Positions 12,289 through 24,851 are shown, numbered from the whole stretch's first letter. The stretch: 61,304 nucleotides of DNA, filler included, from Chiloscyllium plagiosum (GCF_004010195.1; 5 parts of one record of this genome joined end to end with filler, not necessarily neighbours in it), one strand, 5' to 3'. Notes: generated from the sequence alone by a model not told the origin. Made by a program: numbers and translations.

Positions 12289-12769
12289 CTCCTGTTCCTT
12301 GGATGCTGCCTGACCTGCTGCGCTTTTCCAGCAACACATTTTTCAGCTCTGATCTCCAGCATCTGCAGTCCTGACTTCCTCATATTGCTAAGCCAACTAA
12401 TTCAAATATTACTTATTTCCCAATCTGTCCTTATTTGGCACATCTTTAACTTTAGTGTGATAAGCATTGCTTACATTTTACAAGAGCTGTCGGCATTCTG
12501 TTTTATCTCCACCTTTGGATCAGCTTATTATTCTTTATGCTTTGCTACATATATACACTCTGGCCCTTCATATAAGCCAGATATCCCAAGGTCACCATAT
12601 GTCATTAGGGTCTATAGGGAAGTTATTTAACTGTAATGACATGCGCTTCCTACACTCCTCAATGTAACAGTTCTCACGGCTGGATAGAGTCTTGTGTATG
12701 GGTCTGTGTACAGGATCTCTATCCTGTTAATGCTGGCTAACTCTGTGTCTTACAATTGTGCACTCCACA

Positions 12770-12860
12770 ACCACTTGATGAAGGAGCAGCGCTCCGAAAG
12801 CTAGTACTCCCAATTAAACCTATTGGACTATAACCTGGTGTTGTGTGATTTTTAACTTCC
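12770..12860 (+). mobile_element. Penelope-like terminal fragment of another family with degenerate hammerhead
   Basis: CAC UUGAUGA A GGAGC AGC GCUCC GAAA GCUA GUA: stem II intact, first core C mutated. Confidence 0.6.
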
Positions 12861-13360
12861 ATTTGGTGCATTTTACATCTTAGACCTTGGGGCTCAGCTT
12901 CTTAGATTCTGGCCACATTGGTTCCTCCTAGTTGCAATGCACAATATACAATGAGAATGTTATCTGTTTAATTCAGAAGACATAAAATGACTTTGAACTA
13001 TTAAACATTTGGTAACATAAGGTGAAATTGTCCTATAAAGCCTGTAGTAAATGTACAACATTGATAATGGCCTTGTTTATGAATAACTTTAATTCATGGA
13101 GATGTCTTTCTGAATGCCCTTAATCCTCGTCCTCCAATAATGAATTTTATAGTTGACTGCAAACAAGAAATCCACTGTATGCGTTCTATTTACTACTATC
13201 ACTGAGGCTTATGAACCTGAGAATGTGATGATAAAAATAGTTGTGTTGAAGGCATGCTTATTTCATCTCTTTCACAAAATTATAAAGATGGCAGGTTATT
13301 CCTTTGTAAAACCATTTTGTTTTTGTCTCAGGATTTCTATTTCTACATTATTCTCTGCAG

Positions 13361-13502
13361 GAGCCAGAAAACATGCATCATGTTCCCAGGAACCATAGTC
13401 CCAGTGTACAGAACGCCACAAAACAGGACAGAAGAAGATTGGATGCACTCAGAGGTCAGAGGGTAATTGCAAGGTCAGAAGTTGATGGTTTTTATTACCC
13501 AG
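13361..13502 (+). CDS. VWA3B: VWA3B internal coding exon E (start of C-terminal Tudor-like region)
   Basis: ttctctgcag| acceptor and CAG|gtgagt donor; 142 nt (phase 0 to 1). Encodes EPENMHHVPRNHSPSVQNATKQDRRRLDALRGQRVIARSEVDGFYYP(G); recalled VWA3B motif LKGQKVIARCDENGFYFPG. Confidence 0.85.
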
Positions 13503-14189
13503 GTGAGTTGGATGTCAGATGTTTTCTTGGATTACCAGGAGGCCTAACGTAAATCTGTTTCAAAGTTTAAAGGTTGCCATGTAGGTTACTGGAGGCTTAA
13601 GACTGTTCATTAAAGCTACTCACACTGAAAAATATTCTTGCCAGCGAGGAATGGAGGAGGAGTAATTTCTGTTGAAATGTGAAGTACATCCCCTAACCTT
13701 TATGATAATTTGAAGTGATTCAGTGAGTATTAAATTCCAATTTATACTTGAAATCATGACAGCTCAGTTCCGAATATTCTCAAGTATTTCATCTCTTTTG
13801 CAACGTGTGCTTGTATTTCCCCATCACAATGAAATAATAGAGATCCCCATTAAGCAATAATGTACTTTACTTTCAATAGCATTAGTAGAGTCATAGAGCT
13901 ATACAGATCCAACACCCTGCAGTTTAGAAATGCTATAACTGAAATGACTGCTATATTCTCAGCATTTCACCTTCTTCTCAAAATAACACAATATAGTGGG
14001 TAGCCATGAAAGGCATGTGGAAGATGTACAGGGAACTAATGCATGGGGGAGCAGGGAAAAATGTTTTCTGTTCTTATCCACAGCAGACATCAGCAACAAT
14101 GGAAAAAAAAGATCAGGTCCTATAGCCCCCAGTGCAAAACTATGGCTACAAAAGCAGATCAAAGATTATAAATTCTGTGGCAAGTGACT

Positions 14190-14590
14190 TGTCGCCTGAT
14201 TTGCTAAGCTCTCCCTATGTACAGGACATAAGTCAGGAATATGATGAGTACTCTCTACTTGTCTGGATGAATGTGCTGCCAATGCCACTGAAGACCTTCA
14301 CCACTTTATCCATTATCTGTAATTGTCACTCACTGCATCATCCTTGCACAATGGCAGTAATGTGTTGCACAACAACTCAGGAAGGCTCCTTTGAAATCAC
14401 ACTCCACAACCACGATCTCCACCACCTCAAAGAAGAAGGGGAACAAATGCATGGGAACACCATTCTGTCCAATTCACATAGCATAATGACTTGGAGCTAA
14501 ATCACTGTTCCATCATTGACACTGGGTCAAAAACTTGGAGCTCCCTGTCGATCTACACTGTGGGTACATCTACATCACGTGGATTGCAGT
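14190..14590 (+). mobile_element. L2/Crack-like (Jockey group) LINE 3' fragment
   Basis: EYSLLVWMNV..HSLHHPCTMAVMC in ORF 14132..14500; same family as 14722-15722. Confidence 0.55.
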
Positions 14591-14721
14591 TCCATATCAA
14601 TATGATTAACTCTTAATCTCTCTCTGAAGTGAACCTAGTAGGCATGTATCAATATCACTCCATTAAATAACAGATGTCCTGATGTGAGGCACCATCAGAT
14701 CATGGCTTGTGGCAGTTTTAT

Positions 14722-15722
14722 TTTTCTTTATTCACAGGATGTGGGTGTCGCTAGCTAGGTCAGCAATTATTGCCCATCCCTTATTGCCCTTGATAAGGTG
14801 ATGGTGAGGTGCCACCTTGAACTGCAGCAGTCCATTTGCTGTAGGTGGACCTGTAATGCGATTAGGGAGGGAGTTCCAGAATTTTGACCCAGCAACACTG
14901 AAGTAATGGCAATATATTTCCAAATCAGGATGGTAAGTGGCTTAGAGAGGAACTTGCAGATGCTGGTGTTCCCATGATTCTGTTGCCTTTGTCTTTCTGG
15001 ATGGAAGTGATTGTGGGCTTGGAAGGTGCTGTCTTAGGAGCCTTGGTGAATTTCTGCAGTGCATCTTGTAGATGGTACACTCTGCTGCTACTAAGCATCA
15101 GTGGTGGAGGGAGTGGATGCTTGTGGATGGGGTGCCAATCAAGTGGGCTGCTTTGTCCTGGATGATGTCAAGCTTCTAGAGTGTTGGAGCTGCACTCAGC
15201 CAGGCAATTAGGCAGGATTCCAACACACCTGAACATTATGCCTCATAGATGGGGATAAATGTTGTAGAGTCAGGAGGTGAGATACTTGTTGAAAACCTCC
15301 TAGCTCTCACCTGCTCTTGTAATGACAGTAGTTTACATTGTATGGTTGGTTCTGTTCAACTTTTACTCAATGACTCTCTTGTCCTGCTGTTTGTGTACAG
15401 GACGCACCTGTGCAATCTTTCATATTGTTGGGTAGATGCCAGTGTTTAGCAGAACTGGAACAGCTTGGCTGGGGGTGCAGCGAGTTCTGGAGCACGTGGA
15501 GAATGTTATCAGGGCACATACTCTTGGCTGTATCCAATACCTCCACTGTTTCCTAATATTACATGGAGTGAATCAAATTGGCTAATGACTGGCATCTGTG
15601 ATTCTGGGGACCTTCCACTTGGCACTTCTGGCTGGGGATGGTTGTGAATGCTTCAGCCTTATCTTTACTCTGATATGCTGAGTTGACCCTTGAATGAGAA
15701 TGGTGATTTTTTGGAGCCTCCT
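14722..15722 (-). mobile_element. L2/Crack-like LINE 3' portion
   Basis: Minus strand has KLDIIQDKAAHLIGTP..KHPLPP..SVPSTRC-type remnants, AGSKFWNSLPN, and the 3' end gggcaataattgctg..cacccacatcctgtgaataa. Confidence 0.6.
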
Positions 15723-16445
15723 CCTCCAGAACAGAACCCACCACCACTTTCTCAAAACAGCTGGAAATGGTACTAAATATTGGACTTGACGATGATGGTT
15801 ACACTGAGAATTTATGGAAAACACAAACATGGTGACTGCTCATAGTCAGATATTAAAGACAAACTGTCTTTGTGACTTGCCCTCACACAATATTGGAATT
15901 TTAAAAATTATTCAACATATGGGGTGGGGAAACAACGCCAAATTTAGATAACTATGCTTGAATTTTGAATTTGTAGCATATATTTGTTCCTCAGTAACAC
16001 TATTTGTATGTAAAATGATGCACATAAAGATATCTGGAAATTAAAAAGTGATGTATAATCCCTTGGGGTAATATTTTGTTCAATTATGTTAAATACATTC
16101 AACAGTTTTATGTTTATTTCTTTTTTATCATTTCTTTTTATCATAATTTTATGTACATTTAAACACATTTAATTGCTATTTTTCATTGCATTATAATTCG
16201 CTTGTAGCTGAATTATTAATGTTTTTATTCATTGAAATGTTATGGATATGTTGACTGTGCCAGCATTTATTGCTCATCTCCAACTGCCCTTGAAAGGTTG
16301 ATGTTGAGCCATTTCTTTGAACTGCTGTAGTTGTTATGATACCAGTACCCTTAGGGCTGTACAGAGGAAGTGCCAAGATTTTAACCAGTTACCATAAAGG
16401 AATGATGATATATTTCGAAGTTAACATGGGATATTTTATGGAGGG

Positions 16446-17184
16446 TGAAGTGGGAGATAGCATGGGGCAGGGTGACACTAGGTACACAAGCACACAAGAT
16501 GGCCGCTGAGCCATAAGTTGGCCACCTGACACACGAGATGGCCACCAGACCACAATATGGAGAGAAACAGCAGAGCAAATACAGACACTGCCTGGGGCCA
16601 CCAGAATGCCAGCACAATGCACTCACAACCTAGTTGATTAGTTTAAGGCGGGTGGGTTTAAGAATACACGTGAGTAATGTTCACTGCCCACCAAAGTGTC
16701 TGGGTCCAGTCAACACCTTTGATAGAAATGCGAACACTTTGATACGGACTCAATACAGAGTGGTAATAGCCAGGGCTGCAGTAATTGTCATTCTCAGGAA
16801 GAGTGATTAGCGCCCATTACTACAGCAATGGACTTTCGCGCAGACATTGAAACTGACAATGTCTGCGCTGAAACTGACAACAACCGTGCTGAAGTTAACA
16901 AAGGCTGCGCTGGTACTGACAATGACTGCACTGAAATTATTAATGATTCTGCAATGTTTACCATAAACAAACCATGTTACAAAGTCAATAACCTCATCGC
17001 TAACCTATTATTACAAAATGTATAAAAGTATCTTGACATGTGCTCCGGGTGGAGAGAAGAATCACAGCTGACCACTGTGCTGTTGGGGTCTTTCTCTCCC
17101 CGGAGCTCCGGTATTTCCCTGTACAATAAACTCTGTCGTTGAACCCCGACTCTGACTCCAAGGCTGATGATTTTTCCCACAACA
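16446..17184 (+). mobile_element. Solo LTR (ERV1- or Gypsy-type), 739 bp
   Basis: TG...CA ends with imperfect terminal inverted repeat (TGAAGTGGGAGA / TTTCCCACAACA); 4-bp TSD AGGG (16442-16445, 17185-17188); TATAAAA at 17021; AATAAA at 17125. Confidence 0.85.
16848..16952 (+). repeat. 5 x 21-bp degenerate tandem repeat in the LTR U3
   Basis: tgaaactgacaatgtctgcgc / tgaaactgacaacaaccgtgc / tgaagttaacaaaggctgcgc / tggtactgacaatgactgcac / tgaaattattaatgattctgc. Confidence 0.8.
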
Positions 17185-17404
17185 AGGGGAATTTGCAGAT
17201 GGCGGTGATCCCATGTACTTGATACTGTTGCCTTTCTGCATAGTTGATGCATCAGTTTGATGGTGGTTGGGGGTTCCATCGCTTGACTCATTTTGTCTTC
17301 TTTTGTTGAATTCTTTGGAGTGTTCTTGAAGCTGGACTTATCGAGCCAACCCTAGGCTATTCCAACGTTGTCTTGTAGGTGGTGTAAAGGATTTGCCAAG
17401 CAAG

Positions 17405-17665
17405 GAGTGGCAAGGTGGCTCAGTAGTTGGTATTGCTGCCTCACAGCGGCAGCGACGTGGGTTCAATTCCAGCTTTGGGTGGCTGACTGTGTGGAGTTTG
17501 CATGTTCTCCCTGTGTCTGTATGGGTTTCCTCCCACAGTCCAAAGCTGTGCAGGTTAGGCAGATTGACTATACTGAATTGCCCCAGTGGAGTCCAGGAAT
17601 GTGTAGACTAGGTGAATTAGCCATGGGAAATGCTGGGGTGGGTCTGGGTGAATTGCTATGAAGAA
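17405..17665 (+). mobile_element. HE1-like SINE
   Basis: tggctcagtagttgg A box, gggttcaattcc B box, SINE body. Confidence 0.8.
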
Positions 17666-19099
17666 GGTGAGCTATTTGCTGCAGAATATCAGTGATTACT
17701 CACAGTCATTACTTATATTCTTTTATTTATGAGCATTAATTATTGAATTTGAATCTGTCAGCTGCCATAATGGTATTTAAACTCATTTCACCCGATCGTT
17801 AAGCCAGGTTCTGGTGGACTGCACTTGTCCAGTAGTTTTACTGTTTTGTTACAGGGCTAAATTATTATGACAATGGACCAGAGCCCAAAGTATTTATAAA
17901 CATTTTTTACTTTTATTTCCAAAATGTGTTTCAGGTTTAATCAGGAGGTCTGTCACAGAAAATTTTAAAAGCTGCATTTTAAATTCAATGACTGTCAGCA
18001 ATGTCCTGTGTGAAGCCGATGAAATGTCACACATGTAAATTGTCAGAGCTACTTCAAACAGGGACAGACTTCACAAGAAGAGATACTGAGGAGGCTAAAT
18101 ATCCCTCCCCTCTCAGCAGAAAGCCACCCCTTGCAGACATGTGTGTTCTACCTTTTAGAAAACACAAGGATGGCTACTAAAAAAAGCAACTTTCAACTCT
18201 ACTGGAGTGGGCCTGTGGAACTGAACGCTCTCAGAGTGTTAATGTGCTGTTAAGTTCACAGTTGAAGAGCTATCACTTTGTTACCCCTGTGAGGCAGGTA
18301 AAGACCCTCTGTAATTCAAAGTACTGCAAAGCAGTTAAAGAGGAAACAGGACAACAAAGGGCTCTCTCCTCTCTCACCCTGCATTGTGGAATTGAATCAT
18401 GGTCGAAAAGCATCAGAATTACAGTAATTCAATCAATGTGCAAAACCTAAAGATCATAAAGGTGATTGTTCACCTGACAGCAGCAGTGCTACTGGTAACC
18501 TCCAATGTAATGCTCCACCATCTGTTCTTCACAAATAATTCAGAGACTTATCTGGATTTTGTTTTGACTCACCTCTAACTTATATTCAATGTGCATGTGT
18601 ATTACAGTAGTATTTTTCTCCTGTTTAGTAATCAATATTCTCACTCATTTTGTATATTCAAGAAAGCCTGGTTAAATTGGCACCTTTTAAAACGTAAATA
18701 GATTTAGGTCTGGGAGAAAGCATTCCACAAGAGAAGAGCGGCCTTTTAAAATTAACTTTATTGCAACTAATTGAGAGGGTATGTGAATAAAGAAATGGAG
18801 CCAGGTCATCTCTCCTCACCCAAGAACTTAATAATTTGTGGTATGCGATCTGGAGCCGTAACAGTTTGGAGAACTTGGCCCAGGGTCTGATTGTAACAAC
18901 TTGTGAGCTGTTGTCACAACTGGAACCCACACAGCAATAGAAATAATTAGTGCAGATAAATTGTGACTTGGAAACCAATGTTAGAGGAAACAAAAACTGC
19001 AAAAGGCTTTCTTGAGTTTGCATGGATGGCTTCTGCATTCCCTGTAGTGCATTCATGTTTTTTCTATTGGCTGACCTCCAGAGCTGTACATGGTGTTCC

Positions 19100-19415
19100 A
19101 GCTGGGCTCTGACTGCTGTCTTCTATGGTGTTAGCATTGCCTCCTTGCTCTGTGCCTTTATTGATGGATCTAGAGATACTGTGAGCATTATTTGCTGCTC
19201 TCTGCCTGTCCTGCTACTTTTGGAAGTCTGTGCACATGTACACCCAGGTCTCTCTGCTCCTGCACCCTTTTGGAATTGTGCCCCCATCTTACAATTTCTG
19301 TCAGTGCTCTTCCAGCCAGGGTGCCTCACCTTGCACTCTTCTGTATTGAAGCTTGTCTGCCAGGTATTTACCCACTCCATCAACTCGTCTGTGTCCTGCT
19401 GGAGTTGTACACTAC
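19100..19415 (-). mobile_element. CR1 fragment
   Basis: ORF 19123..19383 MEWVNTWQTSFNTEECKVRH. Confidence 0.65.
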
Positions 19416-19444
19416 CCTCTGTGTTTGGGAGTCTAGGGGCTCTC

Positions 19445-20415
19445 GTTGTTGGTGGTATATAAACAACTTAGACTTGAATGTAGGAGGGTTGATCATTCTT
19501 GGATGACATGAAAATCAGTGGAGTAGTAAAGAGTGAGGAGGATAACCTTGGATTACAGGAGAGTATAGACTGGCTGGTCACATGGGCTTATGTGTGGCAA
19601 ATAGAATTCAAACCAGATAAGTGTGAAGAGATGCACTTGGGCAGCACAAGTAGATAAGGGATAACTGATGAATAATAGGACCGTTGGAAGCACTGAGGAT
19701 CAGAGGCACCTTGGTGTGCATGTCCACTGGTCCCTTCAAGTGGCAGGACAGGCAAACAAAGAAGACTTACGGTACAAGTGCCTTTATTGGCCAAGGTGTG
19801 GAGTTTAAGAGCTGGGAGGTTATGCTGGAACTGTATAAAGGGATGGTTGTGCCACAGTTAGAGTCTTGTGTGCAGCTCTGGAATCTAGATTATAGGAGAG
19901 ATTTGATTGCATTGGAGAGTGTACAGAGATGATTTAGCAGGATATAGGCTAGACTGGAGAGTTTGAGTTATGAAGGAAAATTGGACAGAATACAATTGTT
20001 TTCTTTGAGCAGAGGAGACTGAGGGTGACAAGTTTGAGCTGTATAAGATTATGAGGGACACAGACAGTGTAGACAGGAAGAGACTTTTGCCCTTGGTGGA
20101 GGGATTAGTGACCAGGGAGCATAGATTTAAGGTAAGACGCAGGAAGTTTAGAGGGGATGTGAGGAATTTTTTTTCACTCAGAGGATAGTGGCAACTTGGA
20201 ACTCACTGCCTGTAATAATGGTAGAGGCAGAAATCCTCATCTAAGAAATATTTAGATGTGCACTTGCGATGCCAAGGCATACAAGGCTATGAGCCAAGTG
20301 CTGGAAAATGGGATAAGAATAGTTAGGTAGCTGCTTTTGCCCAGTGCAGACTCATGGGCTGTAGAGCCTTTCTCTGTGCTATGAACATCTATGACTCTAT
20401 GTCTGTGACTCTATA
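19445..20415 (+). mobile_element. CR1 LINE 3' portion
   Basis: VMLELYKGMVVPQLESCVQLW..LESVQR; tail atctatgactctatgtctgtgactctat. Confidence 0.8.
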
Positions 20416-20445
20416 GAAATGTCTGCATTTGATGCCAAAGCCTAA

Positions 20446-20645
20446 CACTCCTCTACATTGAAGCTTGTTTGCCAGGTATTTACCCACTCCATCAACTCAT
20501 CTGTGTCCTGCTGGAGTTGCACACTATCAGCTGTTTGGGGTTCTTGCTGTTGGAGGTATATATAAACAACTTAGACTTGAATGTAGGAGGGTTGATCATT
20601 CTTGGATGATGTCAAAATCAGCGGAGTAGTAAAGAGTGAGGAGGA
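20446..20645 (+). repeat. Diverged direct duplicate of 19333-19543
   Basis: Both copies contain attgaagcttgt.tgccaggtatttacccactccatcaactc..ataaacaacttagacttgaatgtaggagggttgatcattcttggatga..gtaaagagtgaggagga. Confidence 0.85.
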
Positions 20646-21029
20646 AGTTAGTTTAGAGATTTAAATGTTTGTTCTTCACACATTTAGTGAGGAGCGTTGG
20701 TTTAGAATTTCGAGCAAAAGCCAGGCAACCTGAAATTTTAAAAGGGGTGGGAGCAATTCAGAAATGCAAACTGAAGGTGATGAAATGGTTGTAGCAAGAG
20801 ACTAAAATTGGAGCATGGGAATTAAAAGTGTCAGGAACAGAGAAGAAATGAGAAAGAGGGATAGGAAGGAATCACCTCACCTCACCCTGTGTGCTGGAAT
20901 TCAATCGTTGTCAAAAGTTATCAGGACGACAGAATTTCAATCAATCTGCAAAACTAAGGGTAATGTCAATGTTTACATGTGACTCCAGTTGCAACTTTCA
21001 AGCATCTGCTCCTTGGGAGCAAATAATAG

Positions 21030-22135
21030 AGAGGGAAGGTAAACTTTGGGGCTAAACTTACGAGTAACACTAAGACAAAGTAAGAGCTTCTTGAAATATA
21101 TAAAAAGGAGAGAGAGGCCAAAGTTTACAGACATACCATCGAGACTGAAGCTGGGAACAAAAAAAATAATGGGATACCAGGAATTGGCACAGGAGTTGAG
21201 TAAATGCTTTGGAGCCACTTTCACAGTAGAAGACACCAATAGCATTCCAAATTATTAAATAATCAAAAGGCAAAATGAGATAAGGTAATGAACACAATAT
21301 TGGAGGAAGCATGCAAGGGAAACTGTGGGGCTGAAGATTAATACATCCCTGGACCTGATGGGATGCATCCAAGGATATTAAAAGAAGTGGTTACAGAGAT
21401 AATGGATGCTCTGGTAGTAATCTTTCAAGAATTATTAGATTCTGAAAAGGTCCCAGAGGTTTGGAAGACTGCCAATGTAACACATTTATCTAAAAAAATG
21501 AGACAAAAAAAGACAACTATAGCCAGTTAGCTTAATGTCTGATATTGGTAAAATGTTAGATTCTATTATAAAGGATATAACAGCAGAATATTTAGAAGTA
21601 CATATTGTGTGCAGAGTCAGCATGGCTTCATGAAGGGACATGGTGCCTGACAAGTTTGTTAGCATTCTTTGAGGAAGTAACAAGTTGGATAGATAAAGGG
21701 AAGCAGTGAATGTAATATATTTGAATTTTCAGAATGCGTTTGATAATGTACCATACATTAGACTATTTAATAAGATAAGAGCTCATGATGTTGGGATAGT
21801 ATGTTAGCATAGATAGAAGGTTGGCTAACTAAAAGAAAAAGAGAATTGGGATATTGGAGATATTTTCAAGATAACAACATGTAACTACTGGAGTGCCACA
21901 GGGATCAGTGGTGGGGCCAAAATTATTTACAACTTATATTCATGAGTTGGATGAAGGAAGTGAATGTCTTCTAGCCAAGTTTGCAGATAATTGGTGGGAG
22001 GGCAGTGGTGAGGGTGACATAAAGATTTTGTGGAAGGACTTTATAGAGACACTTTAAGAGAGTGAGCAAACATTTGGCAGATGGAGTATTATAAAATGCT
22101 AAAATGTGAGGTTATGCACTTTCACAGGAAGAATG
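21030..22135 (+). mobile_element. Older CR1 ORF2 (RT region)
   Basis: SPGPDGMHPRILKEV, WKTANVT, SQHGFMKG, GVPQGSV and KFAD remnants. Confidence 0.8.
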
Positions 22136-22136
22136 C

Positions 22137-22715
22137 ATAGAACATAGAACAATACAGCACAGAACAGGCCCTTCGGCCCACGATGTCGTGCTGAACATTT
22201 ATCCTAGCTTAAGCACCCATCCATGTACCTATCCAATTGCCGCTTAAAGGTCACCAATGTTTCTGACTCGGCCACTCCCACAGGCAGCGCATTCCATGCC
22301 CCCACCACTCTCTGCGTAAAGAACCTACCCCTGACATCCCCCCTATTCCTTCCACCCTTCACCTTAAATTTATGTCCCCTTGTAACACTCTGTTGTACCC
22401 GGGGAAAAAGTTTCTGACTGTCTACTCTATCTATTCCCCTGATCATCTTATACACCTCTATCAAGTCACCCCTCATCCTTCAACGTTCCAATGAGAAAAG
22501 GCCTAGCACTCTCAACCTATCCTCGTACGACCTATTCTCCATTCCAGGCAACATCCTGGTAAATCTTCTCTGCACCCTCTCCAAAGCTTCCACATCTTTC
22601 CTAAAGTGAAGCGACCAGAACTGCACACAGTACTCAAACTGTGGCCTAACCAAATTCCTGTACAGCTGCAACATCACTTCACGACTCTTGAATTAAATCC
22701 CTCTGCTAATGAACG
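22137..22715 (-). mobile_element. Young CR1 3' end
   Basis: ORFs 22480..22677 and 22204..22476 (FEYCVQFWS..ERVQRRFTRMLPG; RGDLIEVYKM); (catagaa)n tail; cut by a gap. Confidence 0.88.
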
Positions 22716-22815
22716 NNNNNNNNNNNNNNNNNNNNNNNNNNNNNNNNNNNNNNNNNNNNTTAATTAATTAANNNNNNNNNNNNNNNNNNNNNNNNNNNNN
22801 NNNNNNNNNNNNNNN
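22716..22815. other. Artificial assembly join (N44-TTAATTAATTAA-N44)
   Basis: All-frame stop linker embedded in Ns; identical structures at 37768-37867, 51147-51246 and 58191-58290. Confidence 0.95.
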
Positions 22816-23282
22816 AAGGATGTTGCCAGGGTTGGAGGATCTGAGCTACAGGGAGAGGCTGAACAGGCTGGGGCTGTTTTCCCTGGAGTGTCGGAGGCTG
22901 AGGGGTGACCTTATAGAGGTTTACAAAGTTATGAGGGGCATGGATAGGATAAATAGACAAGGTTTTTACCCTGGGGTCGGGGAGTCCAGAACTAGAGGGC
23001 ATAGGTTTAGGGTGTGAGGCGAAAGATATAAAAGAGACCTAAGGGGCAACGTTTTCACGCAGAGGGTGCTATATGTATGGAATGAGCTGCCAGAAGAAGT
23101 GGTGGCGGCTGGTACAATTGCAACATTAAAGAGGCATTTGGATGGGTATATGAATAGGAAGGGTTTTGAGGGATATGGGCCGGATATTGGTAGGTGGGAC
23201 TAGATTGGATTGGGATATCCGGTCGGCATGGACGGGTTGGACTGAAGGGTCTGTTTCCATGCTGTACATCTGTGACTCTAGA
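22816..23282 (+). mobile_element. CR1 3' end
   Basis: MLPGLEDLSYRERLNRLGLFSLECRRLRGDLIEVYK; same subfamily as 6590-7052 and 60600-61048. Confidence 0.88.
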
Positions 23283-23789
23283 TTAAAAAATATTTGCCTT
23301 TGATTTCTGATTACGGTATGAAGTGGGCAAAGCTCTTTCCTGGCTCCCCTTCCCATGCGCTCAACTTCCCTCCACAGAATTCCCATGGAACCATGGAATT
23401 TCCATCAGATTGAGCTCAGAAAAATCCATACCACTTTATTATGGTAACTGAGAAAAGATGAAAAACTAAATAGAATTATTCACATCCTAACTAACCATCT
23501 ATAGCCCAGCTATTTCATATTCTAGTAAGCCATGGATAAGACAGTGAACCATTGCTATTACATCAAGTATGCAGAACAAGATAGTTACGCATTCCATGCC
23601 TTACATACAGAAAAGGACAGTCATCAACAGAGACAGGTAGATTCACTAACTCTAGTGGTCAGAAGTTTCATTCTTTTCAAAGATGATTTCATGAAGATTA
23701 TCAACTAGGACTCAACTGAATGGTAACATCCATAGTATAGAAAAGAAGTATACACCAAAGAAACAGAATGCAGCATTAACATGGGAACA

Positions 23790-24550
23790 TCCAGGAACAT
23801 TGGAACAGGAGAAGGCTATTCAGCCCCTTGAGCCTGTTCCAACATTCGATGAGTTCATGGCTCATCTTTGGCCTGACTCCATTGACCTGCCTTTGGCCCA
23901 TATCCCTTCATTCCTTTGCTTCACAAAAATTTATCTATCTCTGATTTAAACTTAACAACTGAACCAGCATCCACTGGCATTTGTGGAAGAGATTTCAGAA
24001 CTTCTACCACCCTGTTTGTGTAGCTGTGTTTCCTAACATCTCTCCTGAATGGTCAGGCCCTAATTCTCAAACAATGCCCACTAGTTCTACGGTCTGTAAC
24101 CAGTGGAAATAGTTTATCTAAAATGTCATCCTATTAATGTCTTAACTATTGCTGTGTTTCAATTTTGCTTGGAGCAGAGGAGACTGAGGGGGTCACAATT
24201 GAGATGTATAAAATTATGTGGTGTATAGACAGAGCAGATTGGAATAAACTTTTCCTCTTGGTGGAGAGTCCAGTGATGAGGGCAAGGGCCAGGAAGTTTA
24301 AAGGTGATGTGGGGAACATTTTTTTCACCCAGAGACTGGTGGGTATCTGGAACTCACTGTCTGTAAAGGTAGTAGAGGCAGAAATGATCATAACATTGAA
24401 GGAGTATTTAGATGTACACTTGCGATCCTGAGGTATACAAAGCTGTGTGCCAAGTGCTGGAAAATGGGATTAGATTAGTTAGGCTGGTGTTTCTGACTGG
24501 CACAGGCTTGATGAGTTAAAGGGCCTTTTTCTATGTTGCAGACGACTATT
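23790..24550. mobile_element. Two older CR1 3' fragments (23790-24125 minus; 24165-24550 plus)
   Basis: FFTQRLVGIWNSL in ORF 24165..24431; the minus copy has a (catgggaa)-type tail. Confidence 0.65.
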
Positions 24551-24851
24551 TTAAGACTTTATAACAAATTCATTCACATAGTATCATATTTATTATTTGA
24601 ATTATCTAAGAGCAATGCAGAAATGACTCTATTTCTAAATCCAATTGGTTTATTTACAGAATTTCAACACATCTTAAATTACAGAGGTTTCAATGTACAC
24701 ACGGTCTTTGCAGGGTGTCCAAGGTCACTCCAGAGTCTACTGTCTATGTGGTGAATCAATCACTTACCCAAAAGCTCAACCTCAATTTTAAATTAACTAA
24801 GTACTGTATAAGGACCTGAAATCAGAAAAGACTAATCAGCCAATATATCCT

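Larger units (their letters stand above)
11165..12375. mobile_element. Composite Penelope-like insertion: inverted terminal-repeat arm (11165-11393, -), intervening DNA with old CR1 piece, and GIY-YIG/terminal-repeat arm (~11875-12375, +)
   Basis: The two arms are reverse complements; ORF 11916 encodes MQVLGLLHRQTMATRRLEDEPLFFSLRTLQP. The unit is flanked by the 14-bp direct repeat ttcctcatattgct (11151-11164 and 12376-12389). Confidence 0.8.
16225..17300 (-). mobile_element. Old L2/Crack-like LINE 3' end, split by the solo LTR
   Basis: Aligns by eye to 14722-15000; the host sequence resumes (gaatttgcagatgg) directly after the LTR TSD. Confidence 0.55.

Noticed and set aside
17937..18037. Acceptor followed by GLIRRSV as the next VWA3B exon
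   Set aside because: Hits an in-frame stop with no GGA.PCP motif or good donor.
24768..24815. Minus-strand 48-nt exon-like segment with good splice signals
   Set aside because: No partner exons found; equally explained as a Gypsy GPY-motif remnant.
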